Shown one piece after another: positions 24,610 through 37,150 of a stretch of 49,177 nucleotides of DNA. The position numbers and the translations under genes were made by a program. Source of the DNA: Fonticula alba ATCC 38817 (lineage: Eukaryota > Protista > Nucleariida); NCBI GenBank assembly GCA_000388065.2, contig KB932205.1, one strand, 5' to 3'. Each line of letters opens with the position of its first letter. The first letter of the stretch is position 1. The notes beneath the pieces are model-generated. The model worked only from the letters and a program-made list of their open reading frames with translations, had not been told where the DNA came from and did not search any database.

Positions 24610-25559
24610 ATGCGCCCCGTCTCGACGAACAGCGTGCTTCTGGCACTCGCCGTGATGCTGCTGCACGTTCTGGCTCTGGCCTCGGCTACCGCGGTGGCCG
24701 ATCAGCCGGTCACCTGCGGCAGTAGCATCAAGCTGTTGCACACTCAGACCAAGGGGCAGCTTCACTCGATGGACATCAAATACAACACCGGCAGCATGCA
24801 GCAGGTGGTGACCGCATACCCTGGGACGGCCGGCCTGGGGTCCGGCCCCGGGCCGCACCCGGGATCCTACTGGCTTGTGGAGGGCCCGCTGGGTCGGGCC
24901 TGCCCGCGCGGCACGCCGGTTCCCTGCGGTAGCCAGATCCGGCTGAAGCATGCCCTCACGTCGACTCGACTGCACTCGCACCTGCACCGGTATGTGGGCT
25001 TTGCCTCCTTTCGTTGCCGTGGCTTGGGCGCCCGCATGTTCGCACGTCTGTCCCTGCCTTGCTCGGCCAGCCCTTCTAACCCCCCTCTGCCCCGCCCCCT
25101 GCCCCGCCCTCTGCCCCGCCCTCTGCCCAGGTCACCCATCTCCTCCACTCAGGAGGTGTCGGCTTTTGCACATCCCTCCCTGCCGGAGGGGGACTCCGGG
25201 GACGTGTGGGTCGTCGAGTGCTCGGTCAAGCACAAGTTCTGGCCCCGCGATCAAATTGTGCGTGGCTCCCATTTCCTACCGGCTCCTTTTGCGCTGCCTC
25301 CTCCTTCTTCTAGGGCAACCCCCCCCCCCCGGGGGGAGCATGGCCTTATCATCTGACTACCGTTTGCTGACTTGCACGATATTGTGCGCCTGTGCAGGTC
25401 CGCCTGATGCACCATGACACGGGGAGCTTCCTGGCCTCCAATGCACGCTACCAGTATGGACACCCGATCCCCGGTCAGATGGAGGTGTCGGCCACCACCA
25501 GCAAGAACAATGACCTCCACTGGATGGCCACTGAGGGGATTTACATCCCGCCCAACTGA
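24610..25559 (+). CDS. SDF2: Stromal cell-derived factor 2-like ER protein (3 MIR domains), 3 exons, 222 aa
   Basis: Exons 24610-24989, 25131-25257, 25398-25559 join in frame (669 nt). Signal peptide, VTCGSSIKL, LHSMDIKYNTGSMQQVVT, CGSQIRLKH, LHSH...QEVSAF, GDSGDVW, WMATEGIY. Confidence 0.93.
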
Positions 25560-26012
25560 ATGTCGGCCTGGGCGTGTCTCGCGTTCTCTGTGCCCACGGG
25601 CAATCCCCTGTCCGGCCCGGTCACAGGAGCGTGGTGGCTTCTCGCGCGGCCGCACTGCCGTCCTGTCTCTCTTTCTCTCGCCGAAAATAAATATAAATAG
25701 CACACACAGCCTTCCAACAGGAAGATCCCCGCCCATGTGCCTGCATGCACGCCCATCCACACTCATATGGCTGATGTTTAAAAGAGCGACAGGGGGGGGG
25801 GGGGAGGCGAATGGGAAAAGGGGGTGTCTTTTCATGCGCGGCATGTGGCGCATGATACAGTCACATAGGTGCGCATCGTGCGAGTACGGGGGGCAGACAC
25901 AAAAAGGCCAGTGTGTCGTGATTGGCCGTGAGAGCGTTGGCCCAGGGGGCGAGAGGTAGGAGGGGGAGGGGGGGGGGGGGAGGCAGACACAGAAAGGCAG
26001 AACCCGGCACCC

Positions 26013-27902
26013 TCACTCCGAGAGGTCCGGCGACTCGGGATCCGAGTCAACTGCCGTCTCGATCTTGGTCTCGTCCACCGTGCCCGGAACATCATCTAAG
26101 GATGAGGCAAGGTGGCAGTGAGTAAGTGGGATGGAGTGAAGGAAGGAGAGGAAAAGAGAAAGAGAGGTGGATAGAGAGGGAGGGAGGGAGAGAGAGGGAG
26201 AGGGAGAGGGAGAGGATCGCCTACGCACCGGAGTCCAGCGTCCCGGTTTCCGGGTATTGATGAAGGTCATCCGAGAGATACTGACTGGAGGGAGTCGTAG
26301 ACGCGGAGATGGTATCGGTGTCATCGGCCACCGACTCGCCGGCCGATCCGGGGGAAGTACCGGCGGCCGCCCGGCGCAGATCGGCCAGCTCGCGCTCGGC
26401 CGCGGCAATCTTCTTGCGCAAGTCGAAGGTGGCATTGTTCCAGATGTTGATCCGGTGGCTTGGGCCCCAGGTGGGCTTGTAGCCGCCGGGAGTCTGAACG
26501 CACGGGACAAACAAATCCAACGCCAAGGGCTCCTCCTCGAAGGGGGCATACATCTCGCGCCAGAAGCGGATCCCATGGGGAGCCGTCTGGGGGAGGAGGA
26601 TGCGCGGGGCGTCGGCCGAGCCGCGACCGGCCATCGGGTCCAAGCTCGCCGGGGCCTGGTAAAACTGGTTGGTGTAGACGAAGTCCAGCCAGTCGGATGT
26701 CGGCCACAGGAGCTCGGCCCAGGCTGAGGGCGATCCGGTGGGCAGCCCATGCTGGTGGCGCTCGCGCTCGCAATTGAACAGGAAGGTCCCACTGTCACAG
26801 CCGACCACCTTGCTCCAGAGCGCCCGAAGCCAGGTCCCGGTGAACTCGAAAGACTGGGGATACTGCTGGCTCAACTGCCACACGGCCTCCAGGAACTGGA
26901 TGAACACCGGGCTCACCTCCGAATACTGGGAGCTGGCCTTGCCATAGACACTGTGGCCAATGCGGTGGGCAAACTTGTGCCCGGCCGCCAGCCACTCCTT
27001 CTCCACCAGCACGGCAAAGCCACGCCGGGTTCGGTAGTACGGATCGAGGCACACCTCGGCTAGGCCGGCCAGCTGGGCCGTCCGGTCCCACCCGTCCGAG
27101 CAGTGGACCAGGATGCTCCCGCCATCCAACACATAGCGGACCATCTTCAGCGTGCCGCGCATGATGATTTGCATGTGCTTGAGCCACCCGCTGCTGTCCA
27201 GGGCGCCATACCAGCCGGAGATGCTTTGATCCGATTGCAGGACTCCTGCAAGGGGGGAACGAGACACGAGGCATTAGTCGGGGAAAGGGCCAGACAGACC
27301 CGGCAAGCATGGCCTCGACGCACCGGCAAGCAGCTTGTCCAGCGACTCGCGCATGACATGAATGTTGTCGATGCCCAGGAACTCGCGCGTGCAGTTTTGG
27401 TAGAAGTCCGGCTGCTCGAACCCCTTGCCCATGGCGGCATTGGCAATGGCATTGACCCGGGGCCGGGCGTCGACGATGTGGTTCTGCGTGCCAGTCGCCC
27501 CACCGGGCAGGGTGAACCCGGGCAGGCGCTGCGCGCGGTCCTTCTCGGCCGCCGAGAAGTACATTGACACGAGGGTCTCGTCGGCGGTCGAGCGCTTGCC
27601 CACACTGGCCAGCCCGGCCAGAGGCTGGCTGCTTCGAGAAATGGAGGCCTAGCCGGGCGGAGGGAGGGTCAGCCGAGGCAGGGACACGGGGCGCGAAGGC
27701 GGCGGGGAGTGTTGGCAAGGCATATGGACGCACTCCATTCGGCAGATACAGGTAGCTGAGGATTGGCAGCCGGCAGCGACTGCGGAACTTGGCCGCCCCC
27801 TCGAGGATGGCATCGCTGGCCTCGGCAGGCACGGCGATGACCTTGGGATATGTGTCGCAGAGCTGGTGTGTGTGTGTGTGTGCGCGTGTGTGTGTGCGTG
27901 TG

Positions 27903-27944
<42 letters not shown>

Positions 27945-29133
27945 AGAAAAAGGGGGGTGCGCGGGTGTAAAGCATGAGGCGCAGCGAGGACGCGGTCAGC
28001 AGGGCAGCGCGGGGAGGAAGAGCGGCGGAGTGGCGCCCAGCATGAAGGACAGCCAGGTACACGCACACTGTACTCGTCGTTGAGGCTGGAAATGCGCCAC
28101 ATCTTGGACACGGTCTCGACGCCCATGCGGCGATATTCGCTGTGGGGATCGTAGATCTTCCAGCCCTCATCAAAGGTGCCGGTAGGGGTGACATGGCCGG
28201 CACGCGGAGTGCCGCCATCGGACTGGGCCAGCGCTGGGTAGTTTTGGAAGGAGGCTGTGGCACGGCAGCAGGGACAGGCGATTAGCATGTGGCCAGTGGA
28301 AGAGAAGGCCAGACAGGCGGCCCACACAAAAGGGGGCACACATACCGGGTCGATAGCTGATCAGCGTCTGGTAAAAGTTCTCCCGGTCCACGCCATCCGG
28401 CAGGATGATCGAGTAGACCAGGTAGTCCCGCGAGTGGATGGTGATGATGTAGTGCCGGTCGGCGGACTTGGATCCGTCGTTGGGGCTCTTGCTGCGCGAG
28501 GTGATGTGGAACATCTTGGTGTAGAGGATCTGCCGGCGCAGGGGGAACGATTCGCAGTGGTGGCGGTGGCAGCGGCGGTGGTGGAAAGACAAGCGGAGGC
28601 AGGTGAGGCAAGGGTCACACGAGAAGGAGAGCGAGAGGGAGGGAGGGGGGAAGGGGAGGGAGGGGGAAAAGGGGGGAGGAGGGAGACACACCTTCGCATG
28701 GTAGTTGGGAGAGATGAAGGAAAGATGGTGCCGGTTCAGCAAGAGCGTCCCCTTGGCCAGGGGATGCTTGGAGAGGGGGTTTCGGAAGAAAAAGACATCA
28801 TCAACCTGCGAACAACCATAACCCGGGTCAGCTGGGAAGAGAAGGCGGAGCGTGTTTGGAAGGGGAAAAAAAGAGGGAGCAGCAAACCAACGGGAGCCAG
28901 AGACATTGCAGGCATCAGGNNNNNNNNNNNNNNNNNNNNNNNNNNNNNNNNNNNNNNNNNNNNNNNNNNNNNNNNNNNNNNNNNNNNNNNNNNNNNNNNN
29001 NNNNNNNNNNNNNNNNNNNNNNNNNNNNNNNNNNNNNNNNNNNNNNNNNNNNNNNGCGGACCTGGGTGACGGGCAGAAAGTCCGAGAGATCTCGCAGGGA
29101 GGAGTTCTTCCGGAACTTGTCCCGAAAGGCCAT
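26013..29133 (-). CDS. Myotubularin-family phosphoinositide 3-phosphatase (catalytically intact), 8 exons, about 703 aa
   Basis: Exons 29133-29062, 28805-28692, 28529-28346, 28254-28067, 27862-27734, 27648-27324, 27245-26229, 26095-26013 join in frame (2112 nt). PH-GRAM-like N-terminus, LCDTYP, FRSRCRLP, SRSSQPL, IVDARP, NIHVMRES, active site VHCSDGWDRT, EKEWLAAGHKF, GTFLFNCERER, short C-terminal coiled coil. One intron contains a gap. Confidence 0.93.
27866..27940. repeat. (TG)n/(TGCG) microsatellite in a myotubularin intron
   Basis: Directly visible interrupted TG run. Confidence 0.9.
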
Positions 29134-30383
29134 CTCTCACTCGCTGTTTCTCCCTCTCTCACTATTTGGGAGGAGGGTGGCGATCCAGTAGGCGGGAGGA
29201 GAGGGGGGAGAGAAAAGGGCAGAGAGAGAGAGAGTGGAGGGGGGGGGGCAAACGGATGTTGAGGGGGAGGACAAGTGAGGAGGGTTGTCCTCCTCACCAT
29301 GGCCGGGTCGATCAGTGAGGAGGCTCTCAAACGCATGCCCAGTGCCGGGTGTGCGCGGCCCAGGCAATGGAGGGAGGGGGGGGGGACAGGGTGAGACGCG
29401 AGACGCTGGCGCTCTCGCACACGCGCACACGCGCGCGTACGCGCCCAAAGGGATCTCTGACCCGACCAGGGCACGGAGCCCGACCCTGGCGAAAGATGGG
29501 CTGCCCGCCAGTGCCCCCCTCCCGGGGCTGGGGGCAGGGGGGGGGGGGGGGGGGCCGAAGACCGGGGTGAGAATCCGAGGTTGCCCCTGATCTGCCCGGC
29601 TCCCCTGGTCGTGGGGATCGTTACGGCGAAAAAATGTAAACACGCTGGCGCTGGGGCCGTGAGTCGGGCGCACAAGTGTACACGGTCCCCCCGCCACCCA
29701 CCTCCCGATGGTGGCGGGGCCCGAGAGACATGCATTTCACCCAGTTCTCTGTACCAACGACGACACAGATATGGGCACAGACCATGCATGGCCCAACAAG
29801 ATTAAAGACACACACAGACACACGCACATACACGCACGCACACACGCACGTACCTGCACACGTACGTACGTACGTATGTATGCACTCACGCGCCCCCCAC
29901 TCACGCCGGGCAGCATGACGATCCTCCTGACTGGGGACCATTTTAGGTACAACACCGCCGGGATGCCCACGCATCGGGCCCTGGCTGCCGGCGCACGCCG
30001 GGGGCCGACCCTCGGCCTGCGAGTCCGACCGATATTCGTTATGAGAGGTAGCTATCGCCGGGCCAATGATAGCCCCGGGACGATCCAGTGACCTTGGATC
30101 GCCGCGTGACCGCCCACCCGCCCGATTGCCAGCGGGCTGGACACGCGCGCGTGCGTGCGCGCGCATGAGCAAGGGACGCCCGCCCCACGCCGCCCCCCCC
30201 CCGCACGGCCCGAGATCTGGCCGGATGGGCAAACAGAGAAAAGCCCGCTGCTCCGTCCGGCCGAGCGGCTCCGCCATGAACAACTCACACCGGTCCTCAA
30301 CCTCTCTCTCCTCCCCCCCCCCCTCCCTCCTCTTTCATTTTGCCCTCCCCGCGCTGCCCTCCCTTTTCTTGTTACTCAGCAGC

Positions 30384-31293
30384 ATGACCGACCCGGAGGC
30401 GCCCATCTCGACATCGGAGCTGGTTGACTGGCTCGGTGGAAGGCCGACCGACCGGCTGGCGGCCATCGACATCGAAGACTGGGATCTGGCCTCGATCAGC
30501 CGCTCGGCTGTGGACCTACTCCGTGGCGATGACCCCGTCTATGTGTTGGCCCCGATGGTCCGATACTCTCGGTACGCTTTCGGGCCCGATGGCCAATGAC
30601 TTCCTCTCTGGCTGGTGGCGCCGACTAATCCCCCACACCGCGGGCTGGGGCCGGCTCCTGGCACTCCCGGCGCCAGGCTACCCTTCCGGGAGCTGGTCCG
30701 CGAGTATGGCGTGCACATTGCCTACACGCCGATGATCATCTCCGATGCCTTTGCCCAGTCGCAAGTGGCCCGTGACATCCAACTGTCCATTTCCAAGAGT
30801 GCGCCACTATCCCCGCTCAACGCTTGGCGGGGGTGCCTGCCCGCGCGCGCGCGCATGACTGACCATCCGAGCCTTGCGTTGCAGATGACACCCCCCTTGT
30901 GGTGCAGTTTGCGGCGTCCAACGCCGCGGACTTTGCCAATGCCGTGGCGCATGTGGCCCCGTATGTGGCCGGGGTAGACCTCAACTGCGGCTGCCCCCAG
31001 TCTTGGGTGATGCAGTGTGGCTACGGGGCCCGGCTGCTCCGCACGCCGGAGCTCATTTGCGACATGGTGCGCGCGGCGCGTGCTCTCCCCGGACGGGCGA
31101 GCACCGTGCCAGTCAGCGTGAAGATTCGCATTGACGAGGACCTGGCCCAGACGGTGGAGCTGGCCCGGCGGGCCGAGGCGGCCGGGGCCGCGTGGATCGC
31201 AGTCCACGGGCGCCTGACCCCGCAGCGGTCTTCTACCCCACCGAATTTGGACGCCATCCGCCTGGTATGAGAGCCCCTATCCTGTCTCGCCCT

Positions 31294-31336
<43 letters not shown>

Positions 31337-31911
31337 TCCCTCTCCGATTCTATTCGCCCCGTGCTCATGTGAGTTGACCCGTTGTGCTCTTTCCTCGCCA
31401 TTTTCCCGGACTCAGGTGAAGGAATCGGTCTCCATCCCGGTCATCGCCAATGGCGACGTGGATTCCCTGGCGGCCGTGGACACCATCCGACAGCAGACCG
31501 GGGTCAATGCCTTCATGTCGGCACGGCCACTGCTCACCAACCCGGCCCTCTTCCGAGGATATGACTCGACGCCGGTCGAGTGCGTGCGCCGGTATCTGGA
31601 ACTTGCCGTGGCGTACGGAGCCTCCTTCGACACGATGCAGCACCACGTCAGCAAGATGAGCGAGCATCTCTTCTCGGCATCCGGTGCGCGACGCGGGCCC
31701 CCTGATCGGTGGCTTGTCTCGATTCTCCCCCTCCATCCTGCTTCCTGGACCGGCGCCAAAGTGCGAACTGACACGAGGGCCCCCCCCCCCNNNNNNNNNN
31801 CACACACACACTCCGCCCCCTCCCCTCTTTCCAGAACGGCGGTACATGCACTCGCTGACGACGACGGCCGGGGTGGTGGATTTCTTTGAGGACTACGTCA
31901 GCAACTTCTAA
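30384..31911 (+). CDS. DUS4: tRNA-dihydrouridine synthase, DUS4-like, 5 exons, 344 aa
   Basis: Exons 30384-30571, 30677-30798, 30885-31264, 31416-31683, 31835-31911 join in frame (1035 nt). Motifs: APMVRYSRLPFR, YTPMI, PLVVQFAAS, DLNCGCPQSW, GYGARLL, VSVKIR, VHGR, IANGD. APMVRYS and the C-terminal pattern point to DUS4. Confidence 0.88.
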
Positions 31912-32112
31912 CATGGAGAGGCGTACGCGCGGCGCGTGAACACGCACACAGGCGTGCGACAAAGAAAGTGAAAAAGAACAAAACAATAGACAACCGCCAC
32001 ACTCACAGCTGATCCCACGCATGCGGGCGCGCATCGCTTCCACCGCGGCTCCAAGCACGGACATCGCCATGGGGAAGAAACGGGAGGCAGGTATACGGTG
32101 TATTGTTGAATG

Positions 32113-32651
32113 TCATGCGGAGGCCGGGTCGTCCCCCCCATGGCCATCTTCCTCCTCCTCCTCCTCCTGCTCCTCGTCCTCGGGGTCGCCCTCTTCTGAG
32201 GCAGACCCCGAATCGGAGTGCGAAGAGTCGGCCCCACTCTCGGAGGACCCGGCTGAGGAGGAATACCCATACTCTTCTTCGTCCTCTTCGCCGAGGGCTG
32301 CCTTGGCCTTGGCGATGGCTTGCAGGAAGGGCGCCGGCGACGGGAGAATCGACGCTCGCGGGCTGGAGAAGGCCCGCGAAGAGGCGAAGTATGGCCCGGA
32401 CTGGAAGTCGTGCTTGGTCGTCGAGGCGAAATGGGCGGATGGGGGGGGCGCCGACCCGGACGCCGGGGTCGGAGTCTCCGGCTGGGACTGCGGATGAGCT
32501 GGCTGCATATTGGGGGGGGGGGGGGCGAGTACGCAGATGGATCGGCAGGCGGCTGTGGCGAGGGTGTGTGTATGCGCGACGATGGGGGGGCGGGGGGAGG
32601 GAAGCGGTAAGAGGGGGAGGATGTCCCAGGAGGTGGTGTATTATCTAGCAT
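32113..32651 (-). CDS. Hypothetical small Pro/Ser-rich protein with acidic C-terminus (5' end uncertain)
   Basis: 32502-32113 reads as coding (PAHPQSQPETPTP...KHDFQSGPYFASS...AIAKAKAALGEEDEEEYGY...EEEEEEDGHGG). An upstream ATG at 32651 is out of frame across a G homopolymer near 32513-32525. Confidence 0.45.
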
Positions 32652-33257
32652 CCGGAGGGGGTGTAGGCTGATCGGGGGATCTCTTTTGCCCCGGAGGAGG
32701 ACGAGCCGCGGGGCGCCGGGCCCGTTCCAGCAAGAGGCACCCGATGCACGGCGCATGCGCGGGGCCCCGCCCCGGTTGTCGGGTACTTGTTCGTGGGCAG
32801 CTGACCCGGCACGTTGGGAAGTCATCACATGCATGGCCATGTCACATGCGCGACGACGCCAGGGCAGGGTCCCGATCGGGGCTGGCTGACGGGCGTCGGG
32901 CCCCCGATCGGACACCCCCGCGAGAGCCGTAACCAACACAAGGCGGACACCGATCCGCGCGAGGGCGCGCGCTCGGCAACGGGAGGCCCCCGGCGCGAGC
33001 CCCACCCCCATTTTCCTTGTGTGATGGGCGGGGGGAGGGGGGNNNNNNNNNNNNNNNNNNNNNNNNNNNNNNNNNNNNNNNNNNNNNNNNNNNNNNNNNN
33101 NNNNNNNNNNNNNNNNNNNNNNNNNNNNNNNNNNNNNNNNNNNNNNNNNNNNNNNNNNNNNNNNNGGGGGGAGCAGGGGACTATTTCTCTCGCCACATGG
33201 GCGCCTCTTCCGCCTGCGTCGCATGCCGGTGGCGAGCCGATAGGCTGGCCGGCCGTC

Positions 33258-36200
33258 TCAGGTGGAGGCCGGCTGGGGAGCCGCCGTGGTCTCGGCGGCC
33301 TCGATGGCATCAGCCTGGCGAGCGGTCTTCTCGGCCAGCATGTGCGACAGGAAGGTGAGAACCACCTCGCAAGTTTGCTTGTCGGTCGGGACAAAATGCT
33401 TGCCCTGGTGGCTGAGAACCTCCGGCTGGAGGAAGGTCTCCGACAGGGTGACACTGCGGCTGGGGGCCACAATGCGGTCGCCCTCGCCGATGATATGCAA
33501 CGAGGGGAAGTCCACCGGGGTGTCGAAGAGGTAGCGCAAACTGGGATCGCGCGCGCGGAAGCCGCTCACCAGGATGGCAAAGCGCAGATCCGCCAGCCAG
33601 GGGAGCCCGGACCGGTCCGGGCCGCCCTTGGACTTGAGATGCGCCAAAAGGGCCCCCATGGCAGCACCCTGTGAGAAACCGAACACCCCGTCGAAGGGCC
33701 CCTGTTCGCGGAAGACCTGCTCCAGGTTGGCGAGCGTCTCATCGAAGCTGTGGTACACCAGGCGCTGGGTATCCATGCGCCACCAGCTCCGCAGGGTGTC
33801 TGGGTCCGACGTGTCGAGGACTTGGGAGTTCTTGAGAACTTCATCGGCGGCCAGCTCCTCGGCGGTGAACAGCACCGGGGAGTCGACAAACTCTGGGAAC
33901 ATGCGTGGACAGGGTGATTAAGGGACCGGGACCGGGACCGGGCCCGGGCCCGGGAGAGAGGGGGCGGGACGCAGGCCGAGCGGACGTCGGGCGAGCACCC
34001 GGGCCCGGAGAGGGGGGCAGGGAGGAACACAAGCGCGGGGCGGCCGCGATGGCGGCGCGGGGGGGCACCAAGGGGGGAAGGAGGGGGCAACTACAGTGAG
34101 TTCAAGCCGAAGCGGGCAGAGATGGAGTGGCGAGCACGCGGGAGGGGGAGACAGGTTTGGGCTGAAGGGGTCCTCAGGGATCCCCCGACCCCTTTCCCCT
34201 CGGTGCCGGGGGGGGGACGAGGTCCTGCCCCGGGGCCGGCCGAGTGGTCGGGCCGCCGTGGGTGTGGGTGTGTGTCTGTGTCTGCGTGAACGTGTGGATG
34301 TGTGCGAGGGAGGGNNNNNNNNNNNNNNNNNNNNNNNNNNNNNNNNNNNNNNNNNNNNNNNNNNNNNNNNNNCCTGCCCCGCCGGGTTCGGAAGAAGTCG
34401 CGCACGCGGGCCGCTGATCCCCCCCCCCCCCCAGGGCTCGGGGCAGTCATCGCGCGTGCTAAAGCGGCCCCCGCCCAACACGCCTTACCTCGAGTAGGCC
34501 CGGGGGTAGGTGGGTGGGCCGGGGACAGCGCATGGATGGCAACACAAACACGCCCACACCTCTGTGCGTGCGCCCTTGTCCTCGCTCTTTCTCCCTCGCG
34601 CGCGCGAACACATACCACACATACATGTGTGTGTGTGTGTGTGCGCGCGCATGCGAACCCCACCACAGGTGCAGGAGGAATGGCGTAGATTCCAGGCACA
34701 CAACACAGACAGGCAGACGGACAGGGTGGAGACCAGAGTGCCAGAGTCAAACACCTCCCGCAACACACACATACACACACACACATACGCATAATACACA
34801 CATACACACAAACTCACGCGGTGCCATGGCGGAGGCATGAAGCCATCCAAGCGGCAGGTCACGGCCCCAATGACGAGGGCTAAGTGATGGCGGCGACGGG
34901 GCACTCTCGGTGGGGCATGTGTCGGGGCGCCTTTCAGCTGCCACCGGCCGAGAAAGCGAGACGCACCGAAATTCGCAACCTTCTTGATGGCCTTGCGCAG
35001 GCGGCCAGTCTTTTGGGAAAGGGTCGCGCCATTTTGCTTGATGGGCCCAGTGAGACCCCGAGAGCCCGAGTGAGACCAGCAGAGGAGGAGAGCGTCGACC
35101 GAAAGTGGGCCATCGCATGGTGGTGTGTCAGAGTGAGACGGTCGTGGGACAGACATAGGGAGGAGCTGGTTGACTGGGAAGGGGGGGGGGGGGGCGCCGC
35201 GCCATGGGTAAGCCGGGATTCCCGGCGCACATACACCCACGCGCACATGCACACACATGCACACACACATACACACAGACAGACAGAGACACTCAGGCAC
35301 ATGCACATATGCCGAGGCTGGCGATCAAGTGCGACGGTTAAATGCACAGATCCGGGCCTGGAAAGTGTGTCGAGCATGCAAGTATGTACGCGCGGCGGCG
35401 GCGGCGGCGGCGGCGGCAGCGAGGGCCCCTATCGTGGACCTGGTCTCCAATGCCCTTCGGCCATGTGAATGCATATGCCCCCAGCATGGCCGAAGGGACA
35501 TTGCCCGGCTGGTCGACTGGCATCGGTGGCTTGGTAGATGTGCAACACCTGAAGGGGGGGGAGGGGGCATATGAGGCGCGCGCGCGCGCGCTCGTGGGTG
35601 CCCCTCCGACCGGCCGGCATGCCTGTTGATGAGGACATGTTACAGCAGGCCTTGTCCCTCTTGCGGTCAAGGCCGAGGCCCCGAGAGGTGGCTGGTAATT
35701 GCATCTTCCAGGGGGTAGGAGGGGGGGGGGGAGGGAGCCTATCCGGGCAGGCCCAAGGGAGACAGGGACTTGCCTAGGTGCTCGGGCGCCAAGAAAAATG
35801 CCAGTCGCCAATCGCACTACCGGCCGAGAGGGGGGAGCATCGGCCCAAGGGGCCGACCGCCCGTGGGCCATCAAGACACAGGGGGGCACGCAAGCTTGTG
35901 TGCCGATGCAAGCACAAACAGACAGGCCCATGGTCGAAGGAGGGGAAGGGGGGGGGAGAGGAGGGAGCCTCGTTCGCCCCGCATACCCCTCTCGACATTC
36001 GCGCGGCAGGCGGGCCAGGAACCCGGGAGCAACTTTCAGCCGGCTAGGGGGTGCCGAGGGGCGGATATGTGGGCGGAGGGAAGGTGCGCCGGTGGGGGGA
36101 AGGGGCGCGCCCCCGCCGGCCCGACGGGACCCGCCCGCAGGAATGGCGCTCCCAAAGCACCAACCCACGAGCCGTCGTGGAGTGTGCCCACACACGAACA

Positions 36201-36460
36201 CGCATGTGGGGGCACGGGTGCGCCCCGGGGCCCTTGCACCGTGGGAAGAGGAGGGCGGAGGGCGGGAGGGGGGGGGGGGAGTGTCCAATGGAACATACCA
36301 GGAAGCCATGGAGGCAAAGAACCCGAAGGGGCTGGGTCCCGGCAATAGCAGCACGCAGGGCGGGGGTCATCTCCAGTGAGAGGGAAGAATCAACGTGGAA
36401 CTCCTCCGACGGGTCGACCAACGAGAGGGTCTCACGGAAGGCGGACGTTTCCTCGGGCAT
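33258..36460 (-). CDS. FSH1/OVCA2-family serine hydrolase (alpha/beta fold), 3 exons, 288 aa
   Basis: Exons 36460-36299, 35036-34967, 33892-33258 join in frame (867 nt): RVLCLHGFL|QNGATLSQKTGRLRKAIKKVANF|EFVDSP. Catalytic triad motifs GPFDGVFGFSQG (Ser), HIIGEGD (Asp), HQGKHFVP (His). Confidence 0.9.
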
Positions 36461-36505
36461 ATCACTCGGGCCAAAATCCGGGTGGGTTGAGGGGGCGACA
36501 AAGGA

Positions 36506-36545
36506 TGCGGGCGTGCGGGCGTGCGGGCGTGCGGGCGTGCGGGCG
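36506..36545. repeat. Tandem octamer TGCGGGCG x5 (GC-box-like) upstream of FSH1
   Basis: Five perfect copies 46-85 nt upstream of the FSH1 ATG. A regulatory role is inferred only from position. Confidence 0.8.
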
Positions 36546-36674
36546 TGTGCGCGTGCGCGTGTATGCGTGCTGGCGTGGGTGGGTGTGCGTGCGCGCGTGT
36601 GTCTGTGTATATAGGTGTATATGTGGACCGGCTAAAACCGACCAGGCAGTGTGGCGTCCTGGAGCTGTGGCACC

Positions 36675-37150
36675 ATGGACCCCGGGGGGGTTGGCAAGCG
36701 CGGAGGGGAGCGTCAGCGGCCGAGGTGAGGGCGAGACCGCCGCCGGCGGCAAGCCAGCAGCACGCGGTAGATGAGTGGCAGGGGCCTGGAGCCACGAAGC
36801 CCCCATGCGGCCTGGGTGAGCGTCGGAAGGCGGCACACCATCCACTCGCATCGGCGGACGCACCTGGATGTGGGCGCGTGGAAACTGTGGCGGCACAATC
36901 TCGTTCGCGTGGGGCGACCAGGAGGGGCGGGGGGAAGTAGCGTGGTCAAGGAGAGGGAGGGGCGGAGGAGGAGGAGGGCAAGATGGGGCTTCTTGCCGGA
37001 GAGCAAGGGGCCCGAGGCTCGGGGTCGGTGCGATTTCGGTGGCCGGGCTACGGCGCCTCCGGAATTCACGCCCCAGGTACCGATGCCTGCGCTTCGCCTC
37101 CTCCACCGGATACGCCCCCCGGTTGAACTTGGCCGTGGGGCAGATCTCCG
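36675..37150 (+). CDS. Tentative first two exons of the MpaB/Lcp-like oxygenase gene
   Basis: CACCATGG start at 36675. Exon 36675-36724 (phase 2, GTGAGG donor) and exon 37077-37150 (phase 2 to 1) would join the 38240 exon in frame (...AVGQIS-V-NMNEH). No homology support, and a gap lies in between. Confidence 0.35.

Noticed and set aside
29134-29300. ATG-only microexon (ATG|GTGAGG at 29300-29297) as the myotubularin start
   Set aside because: An in-frame TGA lies two codons before ATG 29133, so only a rare GAG acceptor would fit. ATG 29133 is sufficient as the start.
35619-35777. Plus-strand small ORF MPVDEDMLQQALSLLRSRP inside FSH1 intron 1
   Set aside because: Short, with no homology or splice support and weak codon bias.
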